A stretch of DNA of 64,000 bases from positions 1 to 64,000 of the forward strand of contig JAUCBJ010004427.1 in NCBI GenBank assembly GCA_032718475.1, given 5' to 3'. Source of the DNA: Nemertoderma westbladi. Lineage: Eukaryota > Animalia > Xenacoelomorpha. The translations under genes were made by a program, and so were the position numbers. The notes under the pieces are model-generated. The model saw only the letters and a program-made list of their open reading frames with translations, did not search any database and was not told where the DNA came from. Positions 36,990 through 49,038 of this stretch are shown here, piece after piece (position 1 is the stretch's first letter; every line of letters begins with the position of its first letter).

Positions 36990-38855
36990 TTAGTTCTTTA
37001 GTTCTTTTGTCTCTAGTTCTTTGTCGATGAATGTTCCTGTGCTACCGGAGTCAAGGAGGGCATTCACTATATAACTCCTTTTAGGTCCGTGGACCCTCAA
37101 CTGCACTACGGGAAATTCTCGGATTCCTACATTGGAAGTTGGTGCTTTCCAAGATGGTTGTCGGTCAGAAGTAGTTAGGGGAAGCTCGCTATCGGTGTCC
37201 TTTTCATACGTAAGTGCTCGATACACTGCGGTATTTATCAGGTAACAGGATTCGTTTTCATCGGAGAATTCGTCCGTATAGAATCCTTCCATCTCACAAC
37301 TTTGGTCAGTGTCGTTCACATCACTGAATTGGACATGTAGTTCAGAATCACTTACCTGACTCGGGCTGTTTCGTTCGAATTCAGTGTGCAACAAGATATG
37401 ATGTTTTGCGCCGCACTTCGCACACCTTGCGTCGGAGTAACAGGTTCGCCTTTGGTGTCCTTGTCTGAGGCAATTATAACACAACCGCTTATCCCACATG
37501 ACTTCCCGTCTATCCTTTAATGATTTCTTTAGGAATTCATCACACACATTCAAACGGTGGGGCCCGTCACACAGCGCACATTTCGGTTTGATGTTACTTA
37601 CCTTATTTTGAGTAACGTTGTGTACACTCGTTCTTTCTTCAGGCTTTCTTACATGAATTCTCTTAGGAGACGTAGGAGGAGTTTTTCTTACCTGTTCTCT
37701 CCTGTCATTGGTTCGAGACTTGAATTTACTTACGTCTTTAGGCGTTTTGTTGACATAATAAGATCTTTCAGTGTCTTTCCCGCTGTCTTCTTCTTGAGAA
37801 GCCTGGCTTTCGCCGTCGTCGGTATAACACACTGGTGTTACCTTTCTCCTAGAAACGGGTTTCTCACTTACCTTGTTTTCCGGTGTCTTCTCTCTGGACT
37901 GCTTTAGGAGCTGTAATTTCACTTCTCCATTTAAGAATGACATGAGATCAGCCATGGTAGGATCTCGTCGTTGTTGTTCCATCATATATAACACTTTCTT
38001 ATCCCAGCGTGTACCTACTCCACCCTTCGGTAAAGTAGAGGCCACGGCTCCAATAACCATAGAACTCTGATATTCATGAGACTTACCTAGCCAATCTAAT
38101 TGTCTACAGATCTCCTGAATCTCATCGGAAAACTCTATAATCCCGCTGCTAATGAACTTTAGGTGGGCTACCAATTTTGCATACAAATACCTAGCTATGT
38201 TATTCCTATTACCATACCTGATGTTTAGGGTATCCCAAACTTGTCTTAGTCCTTCTGGATGTCCAATAAACTTTAACGCCATTAACTTGGGAGATCCTTC
38301 CAAGCACTCGATGAGGAATCTAAGTTTCTCTCCGTTAGATAACACAGAGTTCTGTATGTTATCCTTGTAATATTCATTAAAAGGTAACCATTTCATCTCA
38401 TCTCCATTAAACTTGACGATCTCTCCCACCTTTACCGCTTGACGGGCTTCGGTTCTAGCCATTTGACGCGTAAAACTTTCTTGGGCCATCGTATTATTTA
38501 ATATCGAGTTATCGGTATATAAATTTCTCGGATTATGATCAGGTCTATATGGAATATCATTGTCAACAGGTTTATAATTACCCTTAATAGGGTTTACTAT
38601 AGGAGTTTCTACTTCACTAGCAGTATAGATGCGTGTAGGCTCCACACCTTGCGCATGAAATACTTCAGACCTAACAGGTTGACACATTGTTACCGGGGTT
38701 GGTGGTATACCCTTTTGTATATTTACTAATTTATCGCGTTCTAACGCGATATTCTGCTGCACTTCTTGCAACTCTAACCTACTTTCCCTTACTGTTCCCT
38801 TGAACTGCTGAACAGTTCCTTCCATCTCCCGGACCTGCTGTGCTGAGAGGAGCAC
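36990..38855 (-). pseudogene. gag: BEL copy 1 Gag core (DUF1759-like, three Cys/His knuckles) and aspartic protease
   Basis: KFNGD..KW..F, EKLRFL..CLEG, CALCDGPH..C, CYNCLRQGH..C, CAKCGAKHHILLH, ALLDSGS. Frame broken at ~36990 by small tandem duplications. Confidence 0.92.
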
Positions 38856-40758
38856 TGACGGTGTTCCCTCAGCTTCCCGAGCAGGAGACCCATCTCCCGT
38901 CGTCCCTCAGCTACCCACTCTACCGCCGAAGCGGGAGTCGCCAACGTAGTAGCGGGCGAGCGAGAGACGACGGGCGATAAATTCTTGATATCTCGCTCGG
39001 CGTCCAGGACGGGTTCGGACTCGTGAACAGTCCTACTGGGCACAGGTAGTTTAGTACTGTGCAAAGGGAATTTAGAGGTAGGTTCTGGGAGTACAGGTGT
39101 CTCTATCACCGAAGGGGTGGCTTCGAGAACAGGCCTAATTATTTCAGGCTCATCTACTATAGTAGGGAGTCTTTCTATTTTAATTATTTGGTCTGTGGGT
39201 TCTGTACTACCTAAGTCTGTGTTAGTTAGTTGCCTTCTAACAGCTGGGGGTAAATTAGGCAATTTCTGACGGTGGGACATTCTTCTACGTCTGCTTAGAC
39301 GAGATCTAATTCCTCCGCCTTCAGGATCGGTGGTATCGCCTTCATCAGATGATGTATATCCCTGTCTTTTGGGAGTAGGTCGACTCATCATCTGCATTTT
39401 ACTAGCTGTTAACTGTTTATTTATGCGGTCTTGATTCTCTTGAATATTTTCCAACTCTAGTTGGGTGGTCTCTTCAGATGCTCTTCGTTCTGCTTCTGCC
39501 ACAGCTCGCTTTCTTTCCGCTTCTGCTGCTGCCTCTGCCACTTTTCTTCCCGCTTCTGCCTCTGCTGCTGCCGCTGCTGCTATCTTTCTGTCTTCTATAC
39601 GTTTTTTCTTTACTTGTTCTTCTTGGACTCTAGCGATGCGGAGGCGTTCATCAAATTTAGCTTGGTTCGCAGCTAACATATCCGCATCGATTGCGTCCAA
39701 CACAAGCTTGGCTCCTTCACTATTAGGGCGAAGTCCAGACAGCCGTCTCCTCAACTCTTCGTCACCTACAAATCGTTGATAGTCTGACAGATAGATGTCA
39801 ATAGCATCCCTCTTATGCGGTTTTTCTGCTGTCACTTCACTTTCCACTTGGGAAAAGGTAGCGTCTGTTGATTCTCCATGGGTTGAGCGCTCCGCCAACT
39901 GAGATTTCCACGGGGCAGTTCCTTGAACTTTGAGACTCACCCGCTGAAACCAAGTCTTTACGGCAACTTGCAACGACGTGTCTTGTCTTCTTTTTGAAGC
40001 CTCCTCAAAGGCCGATAAGATTAGTCTGATTCTTAGAATTCTTTCTCTAACTTGATAAAGCAGCTCTCCCTGCTCTTGAGGTCCTTGGGGTTGTCGAAAC
40101 AGTTGTTCCTCTAATCGCTCCATAGAGCTGAAGAATCCCTGTACGTATCCTGCTGCTGACCTCTTCCACACAGCTGGATCGCTGGTTTCTTTTGTCACTC
40201 CCATCCTGTGTATGTCTTCCCAGGCAGCTTCCGATAAGTCAAACGGGAGTCCGGGTCCGGGGAAGTTCCATTGCGACTCGACAATAGACTTCAGTTCTTC
40301 CCTTGTGTATCCCGATAACTATCCTTGGTCGATCGCTTACTTCTCGCCCAATCAATCTGGTGTTCCTCCACCGCAATCAATACTCTAGTGAGTACGGCTG
40401 CAGGAAGGATGAGAAGGGGATCCGAATAAGCCGCATCTGCCATCTTTGCTCCGCGCTCGGGTGTCAGCTCTACAGTAACCGCACTACTGGAGCTGTCGGG
40501 CCGTTGAGAAATAAGTTCTCGGCTCGAGTGTTGCTGCTGTTCTGCTGCTTCTTGGTCCCGCTTGACCTGAGCTCGAGTGCCTATGATAGACCTACGGTGT
40601 TGGACTAGCTTAGGGTCTGATACTACTACTGGAGGGATGATCTTTCTTACGGTAGGAGGTGAATTGAACTTCGGTCGCACACGTTCCACACTCCTGTCTG
40701 GGTCACAGATGGTTGTATCTAGGAGACTGTCTGACAGGTTTGGCTTTGTGTCAGACAT
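38789..40758 (-). pseudogene. Long N-terminal Gag extension of BEL copy 1 (ORFs 40291-40758 and 38789-40204, joined by frameshifts)
   Basis: Homologous collinear ORFs in copy 2 (54223-55626), where the frame breaks are at different places; Ala/Glu/Lys-rich coiled-coil segment. Confidence 0.7.
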
Positions 40759-40894
40759 GTTTGTTTGTACAGTTGAATGCCTACTGCTATATTACAGTTA
40801 AAGCAAGTCTAGTAATTCAGTATCACCGTTAGCCTAGTAATTAATTACCGATATCGTTACTCTATGTAACGTGATATATATACAATATATTAGA

Positions 40895-41144
40895 ATACCG
40901 GTATACACTTATAGTATATATATAAGTATTATTACAGACTAGGTTTGTCACAGAATACCGGTATATAATTTCAGCACAGATATATATAAATATATAATAG
41001 GCCTATCGTGAATACCGGTATACAGCTTACACTTATAGTATATATAAGTATAATTATGGACTAGAATTAATTACAGAATACCGGTATAATTTCAGCCTAA
41101 ATTTATAGAAATAAATATAATAAGCCTATCGTAAATACCGGTAT
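40895..41144. repeat. Array of five ATACCGGTAT palindromes at ~60-bp spacing in the BEL 5' leader
   Basis: Starts at 40895, 40955, 41012, 41078, 41135; retained with some variants in copy 2 at ~55764-56013. Confidence 0.8.
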
Positions 41145-42100
41145 GTCAATTATTTTAGAATAATTGAATTTCTGAATTTTAGGGGTTACTTGTTTACTTT
41201 ACTTTACTTGATTGCCGTTATTTAAGCAGTAGTCCAACTGACATTAAGACCTAATTGTTGTAAGACAGGCCTACTATTTTATAAATCGGTTTAAGTTGAT
41301 TTATAATATATATATACCCGTATAATGGGTTTTGTCAATATTTGAAATAAATGTTATTATTTCTGGGAAGGAGTCACTACACAGAAGCTGTGTGCTCTCA
41401 GTGAAGTGCTACTTGTTGGACACTAAAAACAAATAATTATAATTTACCTAAGTTACTTATTACTACAAATTACGTACAATACGGGGTGAGATTACAATCT
41501 CTAAATAAACACAAAAATTACACGTACGAATTTTTAGGGTAATTTCACAAGAAGTCTACAAACCAGCCTAACAAAGGGTCAGAATATCTGGTTATTACAA
41601 ACAGACAGGATTCTACGGCATTTGAAAATAACAAAGCAGTAGTAAATATACTGCGCTGTCCAGATAGGAAAAATACCACCGTCTGACGACTTATAGCCGT
41701 ATCGCTATAAGTACTACGTTATGTTTCACAGAGTGTTCCTACCTAGAAGTTAATTACCGCGGCCTATCAGAGCCAACGTGCCTATTAACCACTTTACAAC
41801 ACAAATATACTGCCTACACACTAATTACCTTCGGAAAGCACTGTACACTAAACCCTAAATTAGGTACAAGTACTTATACAACAAATAACCAGCAGTTAGA
41901 AATACTTGTACAGCTAAAAGAACCACGGTATCTGCTGGAGTGACCGGGGCACAAAATCACCAGTCTTTACCTACGCCAAGCAGCCCTGATGTAGTACCGG
42001 GGTTAATTTAACTATAACGGTATGTATAACAAGCACAATTACTGTAGGAATAAACTTGGGGTTGTGAATGTTGCGAATAATCGCATAAACTCTGAATAAT

Positions 42101-42675
42101 AAATATTACGCTACGCGTACAGACTACACAAACAAAATACAGACCAAACGCTGGCAGACTACTATCAAGCCTAAACAAACTACAGTATATGCAGACTCCG
42201 AAATGGTTAGTTAGTATGCATTCTAACCGAGTAGTACGACTTATTCTTTCGGGGGGATTTACCTCACAGCACTGGAAGCCCCTACGTTCCTAACTAGTAC
42301 TCTATCGGACATACACTCTACACACACCGCAATCTCTTCAGATCTAACAACAGCCAGGCAACAATCCAGCCTACAAATTATCTAAATAAGAAATATTACG
42401 CTACCCGTACAGACTACACAAACAAAATACAGACCAAACGCTGGCAGACTACTATCAAGCCTAAACAAACTACAGTATATGCAGACTCCGAAATGGTTAG
42501 TTAGTATGCGTTCTAACCGAGTAGTACAACTTATTCTTTCGGGGGGATTTACCTCACAGCACTGGAAGCCCCTACATTCCTAACTAGTACTTTATCGGAC
42601 ATACACTCTACACACACTACAATCTCTTCAGACTTAACAACAGTCAGACAACAGTCCAGCCTACAAATTATCTGT
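42101..42675. repeat. ~290-bp tandem duplication in the BEL 5' leader
   Basis: aaatattacgctac at 42101 and 42391; also duplicated in copy 2 (~56954, ~57243). Confidence 0.88.
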
Positions 42676-43020
42676 ACAATCTGAGCAGGCTTACACGTCT
42701 TCTGCTCAATATTAACCTACAAATAAATAAAACTGACAGAAATAAGTAAACCATACAAAGGAATAAGGGGTGATCAATCCCTAATCCCCTAACAGCCTAC
42801 AATATATAATATATCACAATCGAAATAATACTGGTACCTGTACTGCAGTAAGTACCGGTTCGGGTGGTTAGGTAGTTAGGCCTACTAGTTACCGGTTGAC
42901 CGGTACTTCAGCTTTATTGCCTACGTTGCAATACAGAAGCAATAACTGTTATTGTTCTTACCAGAACAATAGTAAACTGTATTTATTGCCTACACTGCAA
43001 TAAGAAATCATAACTGTTAT

Positions 43021-44165
43021 TGTTCGCGCTTTCAGACCTTTAGCAGTTTAACCTGCCAAATTTAGGTGTCTTCTAGGTTATAAATCGACTTTAGCCTATG
43101 ACGAGTATTTGATACACTACATTAGCTGAAGCCAGTCTATGCGCGACCATTCACCCGCTGGATATACCCGGGAGACTGGATTCGGAAGCTCTGACCTTAT
43201 TGCGGTGTAGGCCTACTGTATTATTCGACTGATCGTTAATATATAATCTCTGACAAATATTATTCACTTTCGGGAAATATTAACAGTTCCTTTAGGACGT
43301 GGCGCTCTAAATATGTAAACAGAATTATGACTTACACTAGACACAACGGGATGGCTATTGATTCACGTATAAAGCGCATTCTTTAGAAGATGCTTTGTTA
43401 TCTGTCACAATCATGCACACTACCGCACTACGCTGCACACCGATCTGCCGACCTTCACTAATTTTAGTCACATATAAAGAGAACAGCAACCGACACATGT
43501 AGTGCCTATGAAATAGCATTAGATTCACTCCAAAACCAATATAATGTAAGTCGCAATTGCTATATGTAACCTGTCTCTTACCTTCAGTATATCAAGAAGA
43601 TTGGGGGTTTTATGATTATTTATCGATATTATCCAAATATAATAATATTCCATCAACTGATATAATTAATAACCGACAGTAAATAGCAGTAAAAATGTGG
43701 TGTTTGTAGGTGACAATATGTTTTGTAACAATATGAATTGCGTTGGATTGAATTGATAACAGTTATACGTTTCTATGATCAAAGCCTACTAATGTTTGGC
43801 TAAAGCCTGAAACATAGAAATTCCAAAGCCGGTGTTCTGGCATCAGGAAAAATACACACTGACTGAATTGCGAGAGTTTCTGTATACAATGTCCAACACA
43901 GAGTGAAAACCGCTCTGATTGGTCGACCGAACAAAGAACGAACAAAGAACAAAGAAAAAGTTACACGTGGACACAGCTGATAGATGTAGTCATCTGAGTT
44001 CCGATGTTTAGAGTATTTGAGCTTATTGCGGAGAAAAATGGCTTTTTATGTCCGCTAAAGCACACATGCAGACATAGCGAGCAAATCGCCTGATATGTCC
44101 GCTAAAATACCTACTCGGTATATTGCAGAGAAAAATAGCTTGTTACATCCGCAAAAGCTTTTACA
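43021..44165 (-). repeat. 5' LTR of BEL copy 1
   Basis: Direct repeat of 23883-25027. Contains CCAATCAGAG and CAGCTG motifs conserved in all three LTR types, and CACGTG in copies 1 and 2. Confidence 0.95.
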
Positions 44166-45174
44166 TGAGCTGAGGAGCCGTTGGGCTCCCTCTAGTGATT
44201 TCTGAGAGTACTCTTAACTCATCAGCAAAGTCTAGATCAGTTAGGTACTTGGCAGGATTTCCTCGACTTCTGGAGCCAGTAGGTGGAGTTATCATCACCC
44301 CATCATCATTATGATGATCTAAGGACATGAGTAGAACATAGTCAACCACAATTATGAACAAGAATGGTGCAAGTGTGTCTCCCTGGAGGACGCCCCATAA
44401 CACTTCCAATGGTTCTGTGTCACCGTCAACAGTAGACACAAATGTTGTCGAACCATCGTATACTGATCCGATTGCTGCAATAATTTCATCAGGAATCACA
44501 TATAATGAAAGTATGCTGAACATACGTAAGCGAGAGACTGAATCAAAGTCCTTGAAGAAGTCAACAAAGGTAACAGCCAGATGCATGTCTTTCTTTTTTG
44601 ATAACTCTTCAATTATCCTTCTAACTGCCAATATGGGCTCCATGGTCCCACGACCTTTACAGAACCCATTCTGATTTCCACGGAGCAGTCTCTCAATGGG
44701 ATCCCTGATGCAATTTAATAGAATTCTATTGTATAGCTTTGCAGCAATCGAGATCAATAAGATTCCCCCATAAAGACCCATAGAGTGTTAGGTGGCTGAG
44801 TACTGGCACCAAATTATTTATTTTCATTTCTTGTGGAACTCTTGTTGTTCGGTACATGTGGGATAGATGAGCTTTAAACACTCAGGTATTTTAAAGACCT
44901 CAGGGGGAACACCATCTACTCCACTGGCACGATTGGTCTTAATGTTGTTTGCAGCAGCCTTCACTTCTGCAAAGGAGATATTGCCAATAGGAATATCTGG
45001 GGGTACAGACTCAGACACTTTTACTTCTATAAAGTTATCAGGCAATACCCTGTCATTATTGAGGAGCTTTTCAAAGTGGGCCTTCCAACCATTGAGGCGA
45101 TCGGCTGGTGATTCAGCCTTAACCTTGGTGGTTGGTTGGCTTTACCGCCCAGTAAGCAAGTTGATCGATTTTAC
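44166..45174 (-). pseudogene. RTE reverse transcriptase core fragment
   Basis: AAKLYNRILL, NQNGF, FVDF..FDSV, GVLQGDTLAPFLF, DLDFADE; frameshifted. Confidence 0.9.
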
Positions 45175-47762
45175 TAACCCGCATAAGGAGTTTTATGAAC
45201 TACGTGAGATTCGTGATAGTAAATGGGTACCATCTAATGATGTCCTTCAGGCAACACCAGGCAAGATCTCGGAGCCAAGCAAACTCATAAAAGGGTTTAG
45301 GTCCAGTTCATGGTCCATTGGCACTCACGCCCACAGATCAGAGTCTATTGGGAGGCAAACTATGGAAACAAACAGAGCCAACACCAACAATCTCACAGTC
45401 ATTGGGGGATTGCCAGGATTGACTAACCGCTAATAAGTTATTTCCCTGGAGTAAACAATTTCAAACTAGGGGTGTTCATATTGCTCATATTAATATATGC
45501 AGACTTCTACCGAAAATTAGTGAACTACGAGTATTGCTTTCAAAGCCGTTTCTACATTTACTTTTAGTTACTGAAACATGGCTTGACGATTCAACTACAG
45601 ATGAAAGTGTCAACATACCACATTATAAAATAATAAGAAGAGATAGTGAAGCGAATAAGGATGGAGGTGGTATTGCTATCTATATTAATGTTAATATTGA
45701 TTTCGAAAAGATACCAAAATTCTCCCACCCAAAGTCAGAAATAATATTTGGAGAACTGCTCCTACCTGGGACCAAACCAATACTAATCGGAGTCATATAC
45801 CACCGACCACAAACTGATGCGACTTTTTTTGAAAACATAGAGGATACTCTTAGCCCAGGGGGTTATCAACATTACCCGGTGTCATGGCAACTGGAAACCA
45901 AGCAACGATAACATTACCAGTAACTAAAGATACTTCTATACCCCATAAACTAGCATACTTCTGTTCTTGGTCTTAAAGCAAATAATAACTGAGTATACGC
46001 TTGTCACAGAATCTATGTACAAGCACCATAATTGATCATGTATTCGTCTCAAGTGTTATTAAACTAAGAATGAGTGACCACTACCTGATATTCTGTACCT
46101 GTAAGAAGGTTAAACTACCCATAAATATGGGTAGTTAACAAAGAAATAATTTGTCGGAATTATAAAAACTACAATAAGGATATAATGCTGGTAAATACAA
46201 GAGCAAACACCTTTACCCAAGGAGTAACTTCTCCGACAGATGTCAATGACGCAGTAAGGCAGCTATCTGATCAACTCACAAATATAATTGACCGTTTAGC
46301 GCAGAGAAGATCAGTGAGATTCAAACACCGAAGTGAGCCATGGATGGATAGTGAGGTTCGCAATGCGTCAATTATCCAGGAAATTGATTGTGGGATCGAT
46401 CACCAACAAACTTCAATCTGGATTTCGGCGTGGATATTCGACCGAGACTACTCTAATCTATCTAGACAACTTCATCCGAGAAGGTATTGAGAAAGGCCGT
46501 CTTACAGGTATGGTCGTAATAGATCTCAGCAAGGTGTTTGACACCATAGATCAATCCACACTGCTAGCCAAACTCAGCACTACAAGATGGATGAAATCGT
46601 ACCTGTTGGGTAGACAACAGTTCGTGAGTATTAATGGTGTAGAATTGGAAAGGAGCCAAATTGACATTGGAATTCCACAAGGTTAGATTTCGGGGCCCGA
46701 TTTATTCGGTGACCATACCAATGACATTCCCCAAGCTATAGAAATTCCAGCCCCAATGTTTGCCGATGATACGAGCTTATTGGACTCCAATGCTGATATG
46801 GATGAACTATCTCGCGTCCTGTCAGAGAATATGTATGCTGTGTACGACTGGTGTAATGATATCACCTCAGCATAAATTTCAAGAAAACCCAGGCGATTTA
46901 TTTTGGTACACATCAGAGGTTAGCATCAGCTCCGAAACTACAAGTTAAATGCTGCGGCATTGAAATACCGGTGAAGGATGCGGTCACCTATCTCGAAGCA
47001 GAACTCGATGACACTCTTGCAGGTGAGAATATGGCTCAACAAATAATTAAAAAAGGGAAACAGCAGTCTAAAGTTTCTTCACCACAATGGAGGAGTTCTC
47101 GATCGCCATTCCCGTCGACTACTCTGCATGGCGCTCATCCAGCCCCATATGGACTACGCCTCTAGCTGCTGGTTCTTGACTATCTCTACCAAATTGCGAA
47201 CTCAGTTGGAGGCTCTCCAACGCAAATGCATTTGTTTCTGCCTGGGTATGGGGTCTCGTGATCACATCGGCCCGGTCCACTTCAAGGATATATGCTGGCT
47301 TCCATTAAGGGAAAGAGGTGCTATTCTAAAATTCTGTCGTATATGTATAACGTTCTACACTTGCAAGCTCCATCATACCTCTCAGAGCTACTGTAGTTTA
47401 TTTCAATCAAGGTGCAATTAATCTTCGGGGGCCACATATACTTGCAGAAATCCAACAGAGATACACTGCCCTTCTTGGTCAGCTTACATTCTCGTACTAC
47501 GTGCCCTTTGTTGTGGAATGATCTACCGTGGTTAATAACTCTAGCGCCATCTCTTGTCGTATTCCAACACAACCTGAAGAAACACTTTTTAGCTAAATTT
47601 ACATCCATGGATTTATTATGTTTCAATTACTTATAAACTTTATATTTTATCTACCTTTTATGGTCATACAACCACTGTTTTTGGTTATTATTTTTACAAA
47701 CAGGATCCCTATGTAAATGATATGCAATTATCTCTGGGATGTAAAGTTAGTTACTTAGTGTA
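45175..47762 (+). mobile_element. Decayed CR1/L2-group LINE: end of ORF1, APE endonuclease and RT remnants, 3' UTR
   Basis: VTETWL, GGGIAIYI, IDHVF, SDH (APE); QSGFR..YSTET, IDLSKVFDTID, SYL.GRQQ.V, GIPQG, FADDT, LIQPHMDYASSCW; many stops and frameshifts. Confidence 0.88.
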
Positions 47763-48961
47763 TGTTCGCGCTTTTGAAGACCTTTGGCAGTTTAACCCGC
47801 CAAATCTATATGTCTTCTAGGTTATAAATCTACTCCAGCCTATGACAAGTATTGAACACCTATAATAATTCTAACATTAGCCAAAGCCAGTCTGTGCGCG
47901 ACCATTCACCCGCTGGATATACCCGGGAGACTGGATTTGGATGCTTTAATTTGATTGCGGTGCAGGCCCACCGTACTATTCGATTGATCGTTAATATATA
48001 ATCTCTGACAAATATTATTCACTTTTGGGAAATATTAGCAGTTCCTTTAGGACGTGGCGCTCTATCTATTTAAACAGAGCTATGACTTACACTATACACA
48101 ACGGTATGTCTTATAGATCACCAAAGTGCATTCTTTAGGAAATGCTTTGTTACTCGGTCAAGCACACACAGACTATTGCACACAACTGCACACTGAATTG
48201 CCGATATTCACTGATTTTAATCATATATAAAGAGAATAACAACCGACATTTGTAGGGCCTATTAGGTAGCATTGAATTCACTACAAACCACGATAATGTA
48301 TGTCGCAAATTGTTATATGTAACCGGTCTCTCTAACCTTAGTGTATCAAGAAGATTGGGTTTTCGGATCGTTATCAATATTCTTCCCAATAATAATATGT
48401 AAACGAACGATTCAATTAACAACACAGTAAATAGCAGTTTACGTCAGGGTGCTTAATCAGATGCCGAGGTGCAAAACCGTGATAACCATTTGATGATCTT
48501 ATAATTAAAGACGCTCTAATGTCAGAAAACATTCCCCGGCCGGTGTTCTAGGCGTGGGGGAAACGTCAGTACTGAACCCTGTAATTCTGCTGTACAGCTT
48601 TTACACAAAGAGGGAATCTCTGATTGGTCGAATGGCAAAGAGCTCCACGTGGACACAGCTGATAGATGTCGTCATTTTGAGCTGAGCAGAACAAAGAACC
48701 AAGGCAAGGCTCCGGGCAAGCTACACATGTAAAGCTCAGCCGTTAGCTGTCGTCATAGTAACGACACTGTTTCAAGAGGATCTAGGGCGTTGCGTCATAG
48801 AATTGCTAATTATGTCCTCTTAAGTACACATACAGAAGAAATAGCTTTTATGTCCCCTAAAAACACCGGTACAGCAATGACACGGCCTTTTATGCCTGCT
48901 AAACCAACTACAGAGTACTTTACGGGGAAAATAACCGGGCAATTCCGCAAAAGCTTTTACA
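47763..48961 (-). repeat. 3' LTR of BEL copy 2 (1199 bp)
   Basis: TGTTCGCGC...CTTTTACA; first ~425 bp repeated at 57878-58301. Confidence 0.9.
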
Positions 48962-49038
48962 CCGCTCCCAGAAAATGGGATTTTAGTCTATAAAATATAA
49001 AAATCACAGTTTCTAAAATATAAAGATACTCTAAACAG

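Larger units (their letters stand above)
23883..44165 (-). mobile_element. BEL/Pao LTR retrotransposon, copy 1 (full length, frameshifted, carries Gypsy insertion)
   Basis: Two 1145-bp TG...CA LTRs, 5-bp TSD TGAGC (23878-23882, 44166-44170), BEL-type gag-pol on minus strand. Confidence 0.95.
22490..45174 (-). mobile_element. 5'-truncated RTE-clade LINE (pieces 22490-23882 and 44166-45174), split by BEL element 1
   Basis: 12-bp TSD TAACCC(A/G)CATAA (22478-22489, 45175-45186), (TAG)n-type tail. The RT piece ending DLDFADE joins the piece starting VGLFINSRKTK across the BEL TSD. Confidence 0.85.

Noticed and set aside
29231-39779. Plus-strand ORFs of 100-220 aa opposite gag/pol
   Set aside because: Antisense shadows of long coding frames with no independent motifs.
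41683-41720. Hammerhead ribozyme (CTGACGA followed by a hairpin)
   Set aside because: The required GAAA after stem II is missing (TACT instead) and stems I/III are not evident.
42946-42963. Displaced tRNA PBS starting TGGTAAGAAC about 57 nt from the LTR
   Set aside because: Too far from the TSD-defined LTR boundary, lies inside a hairpin, and does not resemble a tRNA 3' end I recognise.
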